A stretch of 64,000 bases of DNA from an uncultured delta proteobacterium (GTDB lineage: Bacteria > Desulfobacterota > Binatia > UTPRO1): assembly GCA_963761995.1 (NCBI GenBank), contig CAVXIU010000003.1:8612-72611 (forward strand), in the 5' to 3' direction. Positions within the stretch are counted from its first letter, which is position 1, and every line of letters starts with the position of its first letter. The position numbers and the translations under genes were made by a program. The notes beneath the pieces were generated by a model that worked only from the letters and a program-made list of their open reading frames with translations, did not search any database and was not told the origin of the DNA. Positions 39,285-49,885 of this stretch are shown here, piece by piece.

Positions 39285-40003
39285 TCAGCCGGTCCAGCCG
39301 CGCCCAGAACGCGCGGCGAGCGGCAGCGTTGGCGCGCTCCGGGCCGAGGTGGTGGGACACGGCGGGATCGTCCACCCGCACCAGGCGCTTGTCGCGCGCC
39401 CCCGCCCGGCTGACGATCCGCCGCGCCACGCCGTCGCCGACCACGGTGTCGCGGGCGCCGGCAAGCGCCACCATCCGTGTCGCCGGTGCGATCCGCCGGG
39501 GGTCGATCTCGGGGATCGCGAAGGGCAGACCATGCAGCCTGCGCCCCGGGTAGACGCTGAACACCGCGACGGGCTCGGGCAGCTTCGCCGCGCGCGCGAT
39601 CGCCGCGTAGTCGGCCGCGAGCGCGCCGCCCGCGGAGTGACCCGCCACCACCGGCGTGCGCGGCCGCTCGCGCACGTGGCCGAGCGCCAGGCGCACTGCG
39701 GTGAGCACGTTACCCCAGCGCCTGCGCGGGCGGGTCGACGAACGAGTCCTGGTAGCGCGGGTAGATCACCGCGTTGCCCTCCCGCGCGAGGTGGTCGAGC
39801 CATGGCCGGTAGACGCGCGGCTGCGTCGCCCCCCACCCATGCAGGAAGACGACGACAGGGAGCGCCCGCTTGGAGTCCGGGCGGATGATCGTCGCGCTCT
39901 GCGCGCCGCGTCCGACCGTCTCGGAGACGATCGCGGGCTTCTTGCCCTCGCCGCCGCAGCCCGCAAGCAGCGAGAGCGCGACGAGCGCCGCCGCCACCCT
40001 CAT
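39262..40003 (-). pseudogene. Lipoprotein alpha/beta hydrolase split by a one-base insertion near 39712
   Basis: LAGC lipobox and FLHGWG in one frame, GHSAGG in the next; removing one G joins them (ALGNVL). Confidence 0.75.
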
Positions 40004-41424
40004 GCCGGCCCGATCGCGTCCGCCGCGAGCTTGCCGCTCAGCGCGACCAGCGGCAGGCCGCCGCCCGGGTGCGTCGTCCCGCCCGCCAGCCACAGGCCTC
40101 GCACCCCGCGCACGGTGGCGGCCGGCCGCCGCAGCGTGCCGAGCCGGCCGTGCGGCGCCGCGCCGTAGATCGCGCCGGCCAGCGCGCCCGTCTCGCGCTC
40201 GAGGTCGGCCGGGGTGCGCCGCGCGACGCTCGCCACGCGGTCGCGGACCCCGAGTTGGTCGATCAGCCGCGCCTCATAGCCCGCCCAGTCCTCCGCGCCG
40301 CCACCCGCCGGAGCGTTGACCAGCACGAACCAGTTCTCCGCGTCCGCGGGCGCCTCGGCCGGGTCGGTCGCGCAGGACGCGCTGACGTAGAGCGTCGGGT
40401 CGCGCACGGGGTGGCGATGCGCGAACAGGTCGTCGAACTCGGCGTCGTAGTCGCGCGGGAAGGTCACGGCGTGGTGGGTCAGCCCGTTCGTGCGCCCGCG
40501 CAGCCCGAGCATCAGCGCGAAGCCAGAGAGTGACCGCTCGCGGGTTGGCGCGGGTGGCCGAGCGAGCAGGTCGCGCCGCACGAGCTCGGCGTCCACGTTC
40601 GCCACGACGGCCTCGGTCGGGTGTCGCCCGCCGTCGGTCTCCACGCCGCGCACCGCGCCGTCCGCGAGCACGATGCGCCGCGCCGCTGTTCTCAGCCGCA
40701 GCTCGCCTCCGAGGGCGTCCAGGCGCCGCACGAGCGCTTGCACGAGCGAGTAGAGCCCGCCACGTGGGTGCCAGGCGCCGAACGCGTGCTCGACGTACCC
40801 GGCCACCGCGAGCGCCGCGGGCGCCCGCCGCGGGTCGGCTCCCGCGTAGGTGGCGAAGCGCTCGATCACGAGCTGCAGCCGCGGGTCGCGCGCGTGCGCG
40901 CGCGCCAGCCCGCGTAAGGTCCGCCAGGGCTTGACCCGCGCGAGGTCGCGCGGATCGGGGCGCGGCTCCCCGGGCCGCGGGCGCCTGGGCGGCCACGGCG
41001 GCGGCCCGGTGAGGAACGGGACGGAGGCGCGCCACATGCCCGCGCAGGTGCCGAGAAAGCGCGTCCAGTCCGCCCCGGCGCCCGGCGACCAGGCGTCGAG
41101 CTCCGCGATCGCCCGTGGGAGATCGGCGGACATGTCGAAGCCGCTGCCGTCGGCGAAGCGGTAGCGGGTGACCGGCTCGACCCGGAGCAGCTCGAGCTCG
41201 TCGGCCAGGGGCGCTCCCGTGTCCGCGAAGAGCGCCTCGAAGACCCACGGCATGGTGAGCAGCGACGGCCCGGAATCCCACGTGAAGCCGTCCTGGCGCA
41301 CCCGCCCGCACTTCCCGCCCGGCTGCTCGGCCTGCTCGAGGACCGTCACGCGGTGGCCTGCGTGGGCGAGCCGGACGGCGGCGGCGAGGCCGCCCACCCC
41401 GGCGCCGATCACCGTGACCTTCAC
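40000..41424 (-). CDS. Phytoene desaturase-family enzyme (CrtD/CrtI-like)
   Basis: VIGAGVGGL, WDSGPSLLTMP, THPGGGLPLVALSG; GTG overlaps the cruF stop. Confidence 0.9.
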   Translation of the reverse strand: MKVTVIGAGVGGLAAAVRLAHAGHRVTVLEQAEQPGGKCGRVRQDGFTWDSGPSLLTMPWVFEALFADTGAPLADELELLRVEPVTRYRFADGSGFDMSADLPRAIAELDAWSPGAGADWTRFLGTCAGMWRASVPFLTGPPPWPPRRPRPGEPRPDPRDLARVKPWRTLRGLARAHARDPRLQLVIERFATYAGADPRRAPAALAVAGYVEHAFGAWHPRGGLYSLVQALVRRLDALGGELRLRTAARRIVLADGAVRGVETDGGRHPTEAVVANVDAELVRRDLLARPPAPTRERSLSGFALMLGLRGRTNGLTHHAVTFPRDYDAEFDDLFAHRHPVRDPTLYVSASCATDPAEAPADAENWFVLVNAPAGGGAEDWAGYEARLIDQLGVRDRVASVARRTPADLERETGALAGAIYGAAPHGRLGTLRRPAATVRGVRGLWLAGGTTHPGGGLPLVALSGKLAADAIGPA

Positions 41425-42158
41425 AGCCCCAGCCGCGCGCGCAGCGCGGGCAGCGCGAAGGCCCCCATCGCCGTCGCGCCCGCGGCGGCCGCGACCGGCC
41501 GGCGCCAGAACACGGCGGAGGCGACCCCTTCGCCGATCCACGTCCATGCGTAGAGAGCCAGCGCGCCGTCGCCGTCGGCCGCCGGGTCGTCGTCGGGGTC
41601 GAGCAGCGTCCACGCGGTGAAGACCGCGAGCCCGGTCGCGAACCAGCCGAGGAAGTTCGAGGCCGGGATGCCCTCGTAGCGGCCGCCGCCAGGCCAGGAC
41701 CAGTAGCCCTCGCCGGCCATGCGCGGATCCAGGTAGACGTCCCAGGCCGTCAGCGCGCCGGCCGCGAGGACGACTCGCGCCGCGCGCCGCCGCGAGATCA
41801 GCCCCGCCACCACCCACGCCGGGCGGCTCATCATCGCCCAGGCCGCCGCCGCCAGCAGCGGCACGCCGCCCAGGCGGGGGCCGAGCTTCGCCGAGTAGCT
41901 GTAGTGGCCGAACGGGCGCCCCGTCGTCACGCCCGCCAGCTCGACGCCGAAGCCGGTCGCGCCCGCCGCGACCAGCGGTGCTAGCCCGCGCCGGGCGCCG
42001 CGCGCGTCGAAGGCCTCGGCGGCCGAGGCAGCGAGCATCAGGCCCACGATGCCGCGCGTCGCCGTAGCCCGGTGGCGGTCGGGCAGCCGCGGGTAGGCGA
42101 GCTGGGCGCCGACGAGGGCGCCGAGCAGCAGGCGCGCTGGGCTCATACGGAGGAGCAT
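41421..42158 (-). CDS. cruF: Carotenoid 1,2-hydratase CruF-like membrane protein
   Basis: ELAGVTTG.PFGHYSY, WDVYLDP, GIPASNFLGW. Confidence 0.8.
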   Translation of the reverse strand: MLLRMSPARLLLGALVGAQLAYPRLPDRHRATATRGIVGLMLAASAAEAFDARGARRGLAPLVAAGATGFGVELAGVTTGRPFGHYSYSAKLGPRLGGVPLLAAAAWAMMSRPAWVVAGLISRRRAARVVLAAGALTAWDVYLDPRMAGEGYWSWPGGGRYEGIPASNFLGWFATGLAVFTAWTLLDPDDDPAADGDGALALYAWTWIGEGVASAVFWRRPVAAAAGATAMGAFALPALRARLGL

Positions 42159-42178
42159 GACGTGGCGGAGGCGCAGCC

Positions 42179-42996
42179 CTATCGCGCGAGCACGCCGCCG
42201 CGGGCCGCGAGCAGCAGCTTGCGCGAGCGGGGAACGACCGCGCGGCCGGGGCTCGCGCCGTAGCCCTCGCGCTCGATCTGGCGCAGGATCTCGCGATACA
42301 TGACGGCCGCCGCGGCGACCGCCCGGCGGCCGTGGCGGAGCTGGCCGATCCCGGCGCAGCCCTGTTCGTAGAGCGCGTCGGCGCGGGCGATCTGGTCGCG
42401 CATGATGGGTTCACGCGCGCCGGGCGCGAGCGAGCCGCCGAGGCGTCGCACCGTGTCCGCGGCGAGGTAGGCGCGGCCGTTGCCGGTGTCCTCGTCCACG
42501 TCGCGCAGGATGTTCGTCCGCTGCATCGCCATCCCGAGCGCGACGGCGGCGGGGTGGGCCGTGTCCGGGTCGTCGGTCCCGAGCATGGGCGCCATCACCA
42601 GGCCGACGGTGCCTGCCACCTGGTAGCAGTAGCGATCGAGGTCGTCCTCCGTGCGGAGCGGGGCGCCCGCGAGGTCGTGGCGCATGCCGGCGCAGAAGTC
42701 GCGCAGCGCGTCCGCGCGGGATCGGGTGGCGCCGGGCGCAGGTCGTAGAGGATCGTCGTCTCGAGCGTCGCGGGTGCGACGGCGCCCACTGCACCAGGCC
42801 TCGACGGCGGCGATGCGCTCGGCGGCCTCGGGCTGGCCTTCGTCTACGAGGTCGTCGAGGGTGCGAAAGACGAGGTAGAGCAGATAGACGTCATCGCGGA
42901 GTCCCGCGGCAGCAGCCGGCAGGCGAGCGAGAAGGTCCGCGCGACGCGCTTGGTGGTGCCGCGGGCCTCGGCGATCAGCGGCGCCGACACGCTCAT
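42179..42996 (-). pseudogene. crtB: Phytoene synthase, frameshifted
   Basis: RTFSLACRLLP in one frame; DDLVDE, YCYQVAGTVG and MQRTNILRDV in another. Confidence 0.85.
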
Positions 42997-44478
42997 GCCC
43001 TCGCCGCCACGGCGCGCCGGCCGGGGACGCCCACATCCCCCGCGACGAGCTCTGTCGTGACGCGCGCGCCCAGCAGCACCCCGGGGATCCCGGCCCCCGG
43101 GTGGGTGCCGCCGCCGACGTGGTACATGCCTGCGACGTGCCGGTCGCGGTTGGGCTGGCGGAAGTAGGCGGACTGGTGCAGCGCGGGCTCGACGGCGAAG
43201 GCGTTGCCCCAGGCGGCCCCGAGCTGCCGCTCGAAGTCCACGGGGGTCATCCGGTGCTCCACGCGCACCGACGCGTCGAGCCCGGTGAGCCCGAAGGTCG
43301 TGCTCGAAGTCGGCCATGAGCGCGTCGCGCAGCCCGTCCGCCGGCGTCGTCCCAGTCGATGCCCGGCCCGCAGGTTCGGCACCGGGAGGAGCGCGTACAG
43401 GGAGTCGCCACCTGGGCGGCGCCATCCCCGGCTCGGTCCGCGACGGGGCGTGCACGTAGGTCGAGTACGTGCTCGGGGAGGGCCTTGCCGCGCGTGACCG
43501 TGCGGATGAACTTGCGGTAGCCCGAGCCGACGAGCAGCGTGTGGTGCCGGAGCTTCTCGAACGTGCCGGTCCGTCCCGACGTAGAGCAGGAAGCAGGACA
43601 TGGTCGGCCGGAGCCGGCGCCGCTGCGCGGCGCCGGCCGAGCAGCTCATGGGTGCGGAGCACGTCGCCGTTGGAGACGACGACGTCGGCGGCGATGCGCT
43701 CGCCCCCGCGCAGGCGCACGCCCGTGACCCGGCCGCCCTGCTGCTCGATGCGCTCGACCCCGTCGCCGCAGCGGACGTCGAGCGTGCGCGCCAGCGCCTC
43801 CACGAGGGCGTAGACGCCGCCGTCGGTGTACCAGCCCCCGTCGAGCACCTGCAGGTAGACGAGGGCGGCGTAGATCGCGGGCACGCGGTAGGGGTCGCCG
43901 CCGATAAACAGCGAGTGGAAGGAGAACGCCTCGCGGACGCGCTCGTGCTCGAAGTAGCGTGAGCACGAAGCGGTGCAGCGGGCGCACGGCGCCCAGCCGC
44001 ACCATGTCGGGCACGAGCGCCGCAAAGTCGCTTGGCGCCGAGAAAGGGCCGTGTGCCGGCGTCGACCAGACCCCCGCTCGTAGATCGGCTTCAACGCGGC
44101 GAGGAACGCGTCGAGCGCGCCGCGCATCGCGCGTGGAGAAGCGTGGCGATCTCCTCCTTCAGTCGCGCCGGATCGTCCGCGAAGTCGAAGTGCCGGTCGT
44201 CGCCGGCCCAGAAGATCCGGTAGAGCGGGTCGAGCCGCCGCATCGTGACCTCGGAGTGAAGGTCCAAGCCACCCGCGGCGAAGGTTTCCTCGAGCACCCA
44301 GGGCATCGTGATCAGCGACGGGCCCATGTCCCACGTGTAGCCCTGGTCGCGCAGCTGGTAGGCCCGCCCGCCGGGACGCTCGCGCTGCTCGACGACGGTT
44401 ACGTCGTGGCCCATGCCCTGCAGGCGAAGCGCGGCGCGCGAGGCCGCCGAGGCCGGCGCCGACGACGACGACCTTCAC
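42993..44478 (-). pseudogene. crtI: Phytoene desaturase with multiple frameshifts
   Basis: VVGAGLGGL, WDMGPSLITMP, FHSLFIGG and THPGAGIPGVLLGA spread over three frames. Confidence 0.85.
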
Positions 44479-45506
44479 GCGATCACGTGCTCTCCGCCGA
44501 GCTCGCGCGAGGCCGAAGCCCCGGCGGCCCAGGTTGCGATCCGCAGCTGCTCGACCAGCGTACGGAGCGCCTCGTCGAGCCGGTCGGCCTGAGCGGCCAG
44601 CAGCAGCGGGCGGGCGAGCCCGGCGGCTCTCGCGCCGAGTGCGAGGCACTTCGCGGCCTCCACGCCATCGTGCACGCCGCCGGAGGCGATCACCGGCAGG
44701 CCTTCGGCCACTGCGACCGCGCCGCGCACAGCGTTCGCGGTCGGCACGCCCCAGTCTCCGAAGGCCGCCGCGAGGCCCTCGGCGCCCGGGGTCCGCCGCC
44801 CCTCGATGAGAGCCCAGTTCGTCCCGCCTGCACCGGCGACGTCGACCGCGGCCACCCCGGCGTCGCGCAGCTGCACAACGTCCGCGGGGGAGAGCCCGAA
44901 CCCGACCTCCTTGACCACGACGGGCCGGGGCGCCAGTCGTGCGACCGCCCCCGCGATGCCCGCGAGCACCCCGCTGAAGTCCGGCTGTCCCTCAGGCTGA
45001 ACCGCTTCCTGGAGCGGGTTGAGGTGGATGGAGAGGCCGTCGGCGTCGAGCAGCGCGACGAGGCGCTCTGCGCGCTCAGGCCCCGCCGGGCCGCGGATCT
45101 GCGCCGCCCCGAGGTTCGCGAGCAACAACGGTGGACGCTCGGCGCGATCAGGACGATAGGTGCGCAGGAGCTCGGGGTCCTCCAGCAGCCGCCGGCCCGA
45201 TCCCAGCACCAGCGCGATCTGCCACCGCGCCGCCGCATGCGTCAGCCGCGCGTTGAGCTCAGCCGCCTCCGGGGTCCCGCCCGTCATGGCGGAGACGACG
45301 AGCGGCGCCTCCAGCCAGGCGCCGAGCAGCTCGGTCCGGAGACTGACCTCGGAGAGCGCGCGCTCGGGCAAAGCCCGGTGGCGCAGCCGGACACAATCCA
45401 GCCCGGTCCCGCGGCCGTGCTCCACCCCGGAGCCCGCGGCAATCCGCAGGTGGTCGGCCTTGCGCGCGGCTTCTGCAGGGGAAAGGGGGCGGCGGGTCGG
45501 TGACAC
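44475..45506 (-). CDS. fni: Type 2 isopentenyl-diphosphate delta-isomerase
   Basis: RKADHL, SAMTGG, HLNPLQE, VKEVGFG, AGAGGTNW, ASGG. Confidence 0.93.
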   Translation of the reverse strand: MSPTRRPLSPAEAARKADHLRIAAGSGVEHGRGTGLDCVRLRHRALPERALSEVSLRTELLGAWLEAPLVVSAMTGGTPEAAELNARLTHAAARWQIALVLGSGRRLLEDPELLRTYRPDRAERPPLLLANLGAAQIRGPAGPERAERLVALLDADGLSIHLNPLQEAVQPEGQPDFSGVLAGIAGAVARLAPRPVVVKEVGFGLSPADVVQLRDAGVAAVDVAGAGGTNWALIEGRRTPGAEGLAAAFGDWGVPTANAVRGAVAVAEGLPVIASGGVHDGVEAAKCLALGARAAGLARPLLLAAQADRLDEALRTLVEQLRIATWAAGASASRELGGEHVIA

Positions 45507-45780
45507 CTACACCCGGTACGGAGCAAGCTCCCGGGCGGACGAACCCTCCCCCGGGCCTTCGCCGAGTCTCCGCGCAGCAGGGTGTCTTCGCCCAGACGGC
45601 CGCCTGACCAGGCGGCAGCTGCCTTATACCGCGCGGATTATGATCCCGCTGCGCCTTGGCTCTACAGCAGGGGTTGAGCGCCCTGGGGGACACGAAAAGG
45701 GACATGTCTGCACTGAGTTCGCGCTGTGTAGCTCGCTGTCGCTTGCGGGTGCGAGGAGAAGCGCCGGCGTCCCTGGCCTA

Positions 45781-45809
45781 GCTGTCGCTTTGCATGGAAA
45801 GCAGCAGTC
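45781..45809. repeat. Palindromic repeat copy
   Basis: GCTGTCGCTTTGCATGGAAAGCAGCAGTC, same orientation as 35995. Confidence 0.9.
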
Positions 45810-46009
45810 TCGGCGAGCTGGCCGCTGTCGCCGGCGGAGGATAGGCATCGCTCTGGCACACACACACAGCGCGCGGCCGGGCGGAGTACGCGACCGCCGC
45901 GCGATAACCCGGTGCTGGTCACCGGCGCGGTTGTCGTGCGTCGGCGGAGGCATCAAGTTTCGGGCGTGGGCGGCCTCCGCGTCGGGGGGCAGCGGTGATG
46001 GTGTCGACG

Positions 46010-46675
46010 TCATGTGGCCGGTCCTTGCCGGCCGAGGCGTGTGCGGAGCCCGTCGAGGACGACGTCGAGGCCGGCGTGGAAGTCACCCGGGTCGCTCATG
46101 AGGTCGATCGCTGCGTCGAGGTGGGGCGATGGCGGTTGGTTCGTGCCGAGGTGAGTGAGGGCGGCGTCTCGCAGGGCGTTGTGGTCGGAGGCTGGCGGCA
46201 CGCCGGCTTCGACGACCGCGTAGCCGAGCACATAGGAGAAGACCGCGTTGACTCCGGCGGCGGCGTCGCGTGCGCTCGCGCCGGCGCGGACGAGGAGCGC
46301 AACGGTGTCGGCGGCGACCAGCAGGGTTGTCGGCGTCACGGGCGCGGCGGCGAGAGCCGGCAGAAGGGCGGGACGAGCGGCGAAGCGCTCGCGGACCTGC
46401 TCGGCGAGCCGGCGCATTTGCGGCTCCCAACTCAGGTCGAGGTCGATCGGGTCGAGCGCAACAAGCAGGCGGTCGCACATCACGCCCAAGAGCTCGTTCT
46501 TGTCGCGGACGTGGCGGTAGACGGCCATCGGGTCGACGTGGAGTTCGTGCGCGAGCGCCCGCATCGTTAGGCCTTGCAAGCCGGCGCGGTCGACAAGGTC
46601 GAGCGCCGCCTCGACGATCTGGTCGCGTGACAGCCGCGGGGGACGGCCGCGCCGGGGCTTCCGCTCGGTCGGCAT
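46010..46675 (-). CDS. TetR family regulator (TetR_C type)
   Basis: LSRDQIVEAAL...LTMRALAHEL.VDPMAVYRH. Confidence 0.92.
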   Translation of the reverse strand: MPTERKPRRGRPPRLSRDQIVEAALDLVDRAGLQGLTMRALAHELHVDPMAVYRHVRDKNELLGVMCDRLLVALDPIDLDLSWEPQMRRLAEQVRERFAARPALLPALAAAPVTPTTLLVAADTVALLVRAGASARDAAAGVNAVFSYVLGYAVVEAGVPPASDHNALRDAALTHLGTNQPPSPHLDAAIDLMSDPGDFHAGLDVVLDGLRTRLGRQGPAT

Positions 46676-46685
46676 CAGTCTTTCA

Positions 46686-46742
46686 GTCTACGCCGTAGAC
46701 GAACCGCACTACACGCGCTACCGTTCTGTCTACGTCGTAGAC
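46686..46742. promoter_or_regulatory. Two TetR operators
   Basis: GTCTACGCCGTAGAC (46686-46700) and GTCTACGTCGTAGAC (46728-46742). Confidence 0.8.
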
Positions 46743-46759
46743 AAAAGACCGGAGTGGAC

Positions 46760-48274
46760 ATGGAAAAGGGACCGAAGAACCGCTGGCTCGTCCTCGCTGT
46801 ACTGGCGTCGAGTTTGCTCGTGGTGGCGCTCGACGCGACGATCCTCAACGTCGCGCTGCCGACGCTCGCCGCGGACCTCGAGCCGACCTCGACCGAGCTG
46901 CTGTGGATCGTCGACGCCTACGGGCTCGTCCTCGCGGGCTTGCTTATTGCGATGTCAGGTCTAGGCGACCGCGTCGGCCGCCGCCGGCTCCTCGTCATCG
47001 GTCTCGGAGCGTTCGCCGGCGCCGCGACGCTCGCGGCGTTCGCGAACTCACCAGAGCAGCTGATCGCCGCCCGCGTCCTGCTCGGCGTCGGCGGCGCGAT
47101 GATCATGCCGTCGACGATCACGCTCCTACGCACCGTCTTTCTCGACGATCGCGAGCGCGCGATCGCGGTTGGAGTCTGGACGGCAATCGCCGCCGGCGGC
47201 TTCGCCGTCGGCCCCGTCATCGGCGGCGCGCTGCTTGAAGTCCTCGACTGGCCGTGGGTCTTCGGCCTCCAAGTGCCGGTCGTGCTGCTGGCGATCGTCG
47301 CCGTGCTGCGACTGGTGCCCGAGTGGCGAACTGCCGACCCAGGCCCTTGGGACCCGATCGGCGTCGCGCTCTCGATCACCGGCATGGTCGCGCTCGTCTG
47401 GGGCATCAAGGAAGCAAGCAAGCACGGCTTCGGCGACGCGGAGGCACTCGGAACGCTCGCCCTCGGCGCCGGCTCCCTGACCACCTTCGTCCGCCGTCAG
47501 CGCAAGCTCACCCACCCGCTACTCGACATCGCGCTCTTCGGGGACCGCCGCTTCTCAGCGTCCGCCGTTGCCGTCCTCGCGGTCTTCTTCGGCTTCGGCG
47601 GCCTGCTGCTGCTGCTCACGCAGTTCTTCCAGATCGTCCAGGGCCACGGGCCGCTCGAGGCGGGCCTGCGGCTGCTGCCGCTGGCACTCGCCGCGGGCAT
47701 CGCCTCGCCGTTCACCGACGCCGCTGTCCGACGGATCGGCGCACACGTGGTCGTGGGAGGCGGCTTCGCGATCGTCGCCGGCGCCTTCGCCGCGCTCTAC
47801 GGCCTCGACGCCCATACCCCGTACTCGCTCATCGCCGTTTGCCTCGCCGCGCTCGGAGCGGGCGCGGGCATCGCGTCGACCGCCGCCTCGGCGGTCATCC
47901 TGTCAAGCGCGCCGCCTGAGCGCGCAGGGGGCGCCGTCGCCGTACAGGAAACCGCCTACGAGCTCGGCGGCGCGCTAGGCGTCGCAATCCTCGGATCGGT
48001 CATGACCGCACGCTACCGGGCCGAACTCGACAGCCTGGCCGGCCTGCCCACCGAGGCGCGCGAAAGCCTCCCGGCGGCAGCCGAAATCGCAACCCGCGCG
48101 GGCGGCGAGGCTGGCGCGATAATCCTCGGAGCGGCGCAGCAGGCGTTTCTCGACGGCCTCAGCGTGACGCTCGTCGTCGCTGCGGCGGTCACCGCGGCCA
48201 TCGCGGTGGCCGCGCTGGCGTTCATGCCGCGCGATCGCGCCCTCGGAGCGGCTCCCACACCCGCAGAGGCCTGA
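46760..48274 (+). CDS. MFS efflux transporter (DHA2)
   Basis: LDATILNVALP, GDRVGRRR, many TM segments. Confidence 0.93.
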   Translation: MEKGPKNRWLVLAVLASSLLVVALDATILNVALPTLAADLEPTSTELLWIVDAYGLVLAGLLIAMSGLGDRVGRRRLLVIGLGAFAGAATLAAFANSPEQLIAARVLLGVGGAMIMPSTITLLRTVFLDDRERAIAVGVWTAIAAGGFAVGPVIGGALLEVLDWPWVFGLQVPVVLLAIVAVLRLVPEWRTADPGPWDPIGVALSITGMVALVWGIKEASKHGFGDAEALGTLALGAGSLTTFVRRQRKLTHPLLDIALFGDRRFSASAVAVLAVFFGFGGLLLLLTQFFQIVQGHGPLEAGLRLLPLALAAGIASPFTDAAVRRIGAHVVVGGGFAIVAGAFAALYGLDAHTPYSLIAVCLAALGAGAGIASTAASAVILSSAPPERAGGAVAVQETAYELGGALGVAILGSVMTARYRAELDSLAGLPTEARESLPAAAEIATRAGGEAGAIILGAAQQAFLDGLSVTLVVAAAVTAAIAVAALAFMPRDRALGAAPTPAEA

Positions 48275-48892
48275 GCATCGTGCTCAGCGACAACGGCGCA
48301 CTACCGCTCCGAGGCCGCAGCGGCGCGCTAGGGGAAAGCCCCCGTCGCGCGTCAAGTCGTGTCTCCGACCATTAGGTCGTCCACCTCGACGAGCAGGTCC
48401 AGGAGAAGGATCCGTGTCTCCTCGAGCGTGGCGCTCCAGGCGGCTCGGAGGAGCGCGTTCGCGAGATCTCGTCTCTCGGAGGGCGAAAGACCTTCTACTT
48501 CGATGCGCAGCGCCCTCACGGCAGGACTCCCCGGTGCTCGAGCAGGGACGGCATTTCACTCATGAAGAGCATCAGCGACTACTTCTGGCCCCGGCTCATG
48601 GGAGTTCGCCGAGTCGGATGCGCGCGCGAGCTTTGCACAGGTGCTTGTTGACATTGGTGTAGGTGCGGCCTCCGGTCATCTGGGCGATCTCGCGGCGGCC
48701 CGTCAGCGCGGCGGGCCTACTCGGGCCCAGCGCGTCACCTAAGCGAGCGCCCTGTCGACGCGAAGCGCACAGACTCCTCCTTCATCTAGCCGAATTTCGC
48801 GTTGTGCTCGCTGCCGCCGCAGCGTTTGGCCGGGCGGGCGAGCAGCGGTAGCGTCCGCCGGGCAGCCGTAACCGAGTGTGAGGGGGGGCCCG

Positions 48893-49885
48893 ATGGCCCG
48901 GTCGCCGAACTCCGTCGTCGTGACGCTGGTAGCGCTGGTGTTGATGCTGGCTGCGTGGCCGGGTGCGGCGAGAGCCGATCGTGCGACTGTGGTCGGTCGC
49001 GGCGAATCGATCCAGGCTGCCGTCGACGCTGCCAATCCGGGCGACACGATCCTGGTGTTCGGCACGCATCGTGAGAATGTGGCGATTCAGACCGACGGGC
49101 TGACCTTGCGTGGGGTGGGTGCCGTGATCTTGCCGCCGGCCAGGCCGGCGCCGCAGGCCTGCTTCGATCCCACGGAGGTCGGCGAGGCGGTGCACGGTGT
49201 CTGCGTGATCGGCGACGTCGACTTCGACACGGGCGAGATCTCCCGCTACGTCGAGCGCGTCACGGTCCGCGGCTTCACGATCCGCAACTTCGTCGGCACC
49301 GGGCTGCTTGCCGTTGCCGCCCGCGACACCACGTTCAAGGGCAACGCCGCGCAGAACAACACGGACGACGGAATCGGGTCGGCGAACTCGATCGGCACGC
49401 GCGTGCTGTCCAATCGAGTGTCTAGCAGCCGGTTTGGCATCCGCGTCTTCAGCGCGCTCGGCGGGAGGATCGTCGGCAACTCGCTGCACAACAACTGCGT
49501 CGGCGTGATCGCGCTCGCGTCCCCATTCGGTGCGGCGGGCGAGTTCCGGATGACCGGCAACGTCGTCCGTCACAACACGAGGCCATGTGCGGCCGACGAC
49601 GACTTCGATGCGTTGTCGGGCATCGGCATCGGACTGCTCGGCGCGACGGGCACGACGATCGTCGGCAACCTCATCAGCGGCAACGTGCCCGGCGGCGAGA
49701 CCGTCGCCAGTGGCGGCGTGGTCGCGCTTGGGAGTCCCGATGGCACGCCGCTGAGCGACAATCGCGTCAGGGGGAACGTCATTCTCGGCAACGAACCGGA
49801 TCTCTTCTGGGACCAGACCGGGACCGGGAACGTGTTCGGGCCCAATGTCTGCCAGACAAGCGATCCGTCGGGGCTGTGCCGCTGA
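48893..49885 (+). CDS. Secreted right-handed parallel beta-helix protein
   Basis: Signal peptide, SIQAAVDAANPGDTI, repeated GN motifs. Confidence 0.85.
   Translation: MARSPNSVVVTLVALVLMLAAWPGAARADRATVVGRGESIQAAVDAANPGDTILVFGTHRENVAIQTDGLTLRGVGAVILPPARPAPQACFDPTEVGEAVHGVCVIGDVDFDTGEISRYVERVTVRGFTIRNFVGTGLLAVAARDTTFKGNAAQNNTDDGIGSANSIGTRVLSNRVSSSRFGIRVFSALGGRIVGNSLHNNCVGVIALASPFGAAGEFRMTGNVVRHNTRPCAADDDFDALSGIGIGLLGATGTTIVGNLISGNVPGGETVASGGVVALGSPDGTPLSDNRVRGNVILGNEPDLFWDQTGTGNVFGPNVCQTSDPSGLCR

Noticed and set aside
39708-39712. Stop-codon recoding in the lipoprotein hydrolase
   Set aside because: The stop is TAA and the downstream part is in another frame; a one-base insertion explains it.
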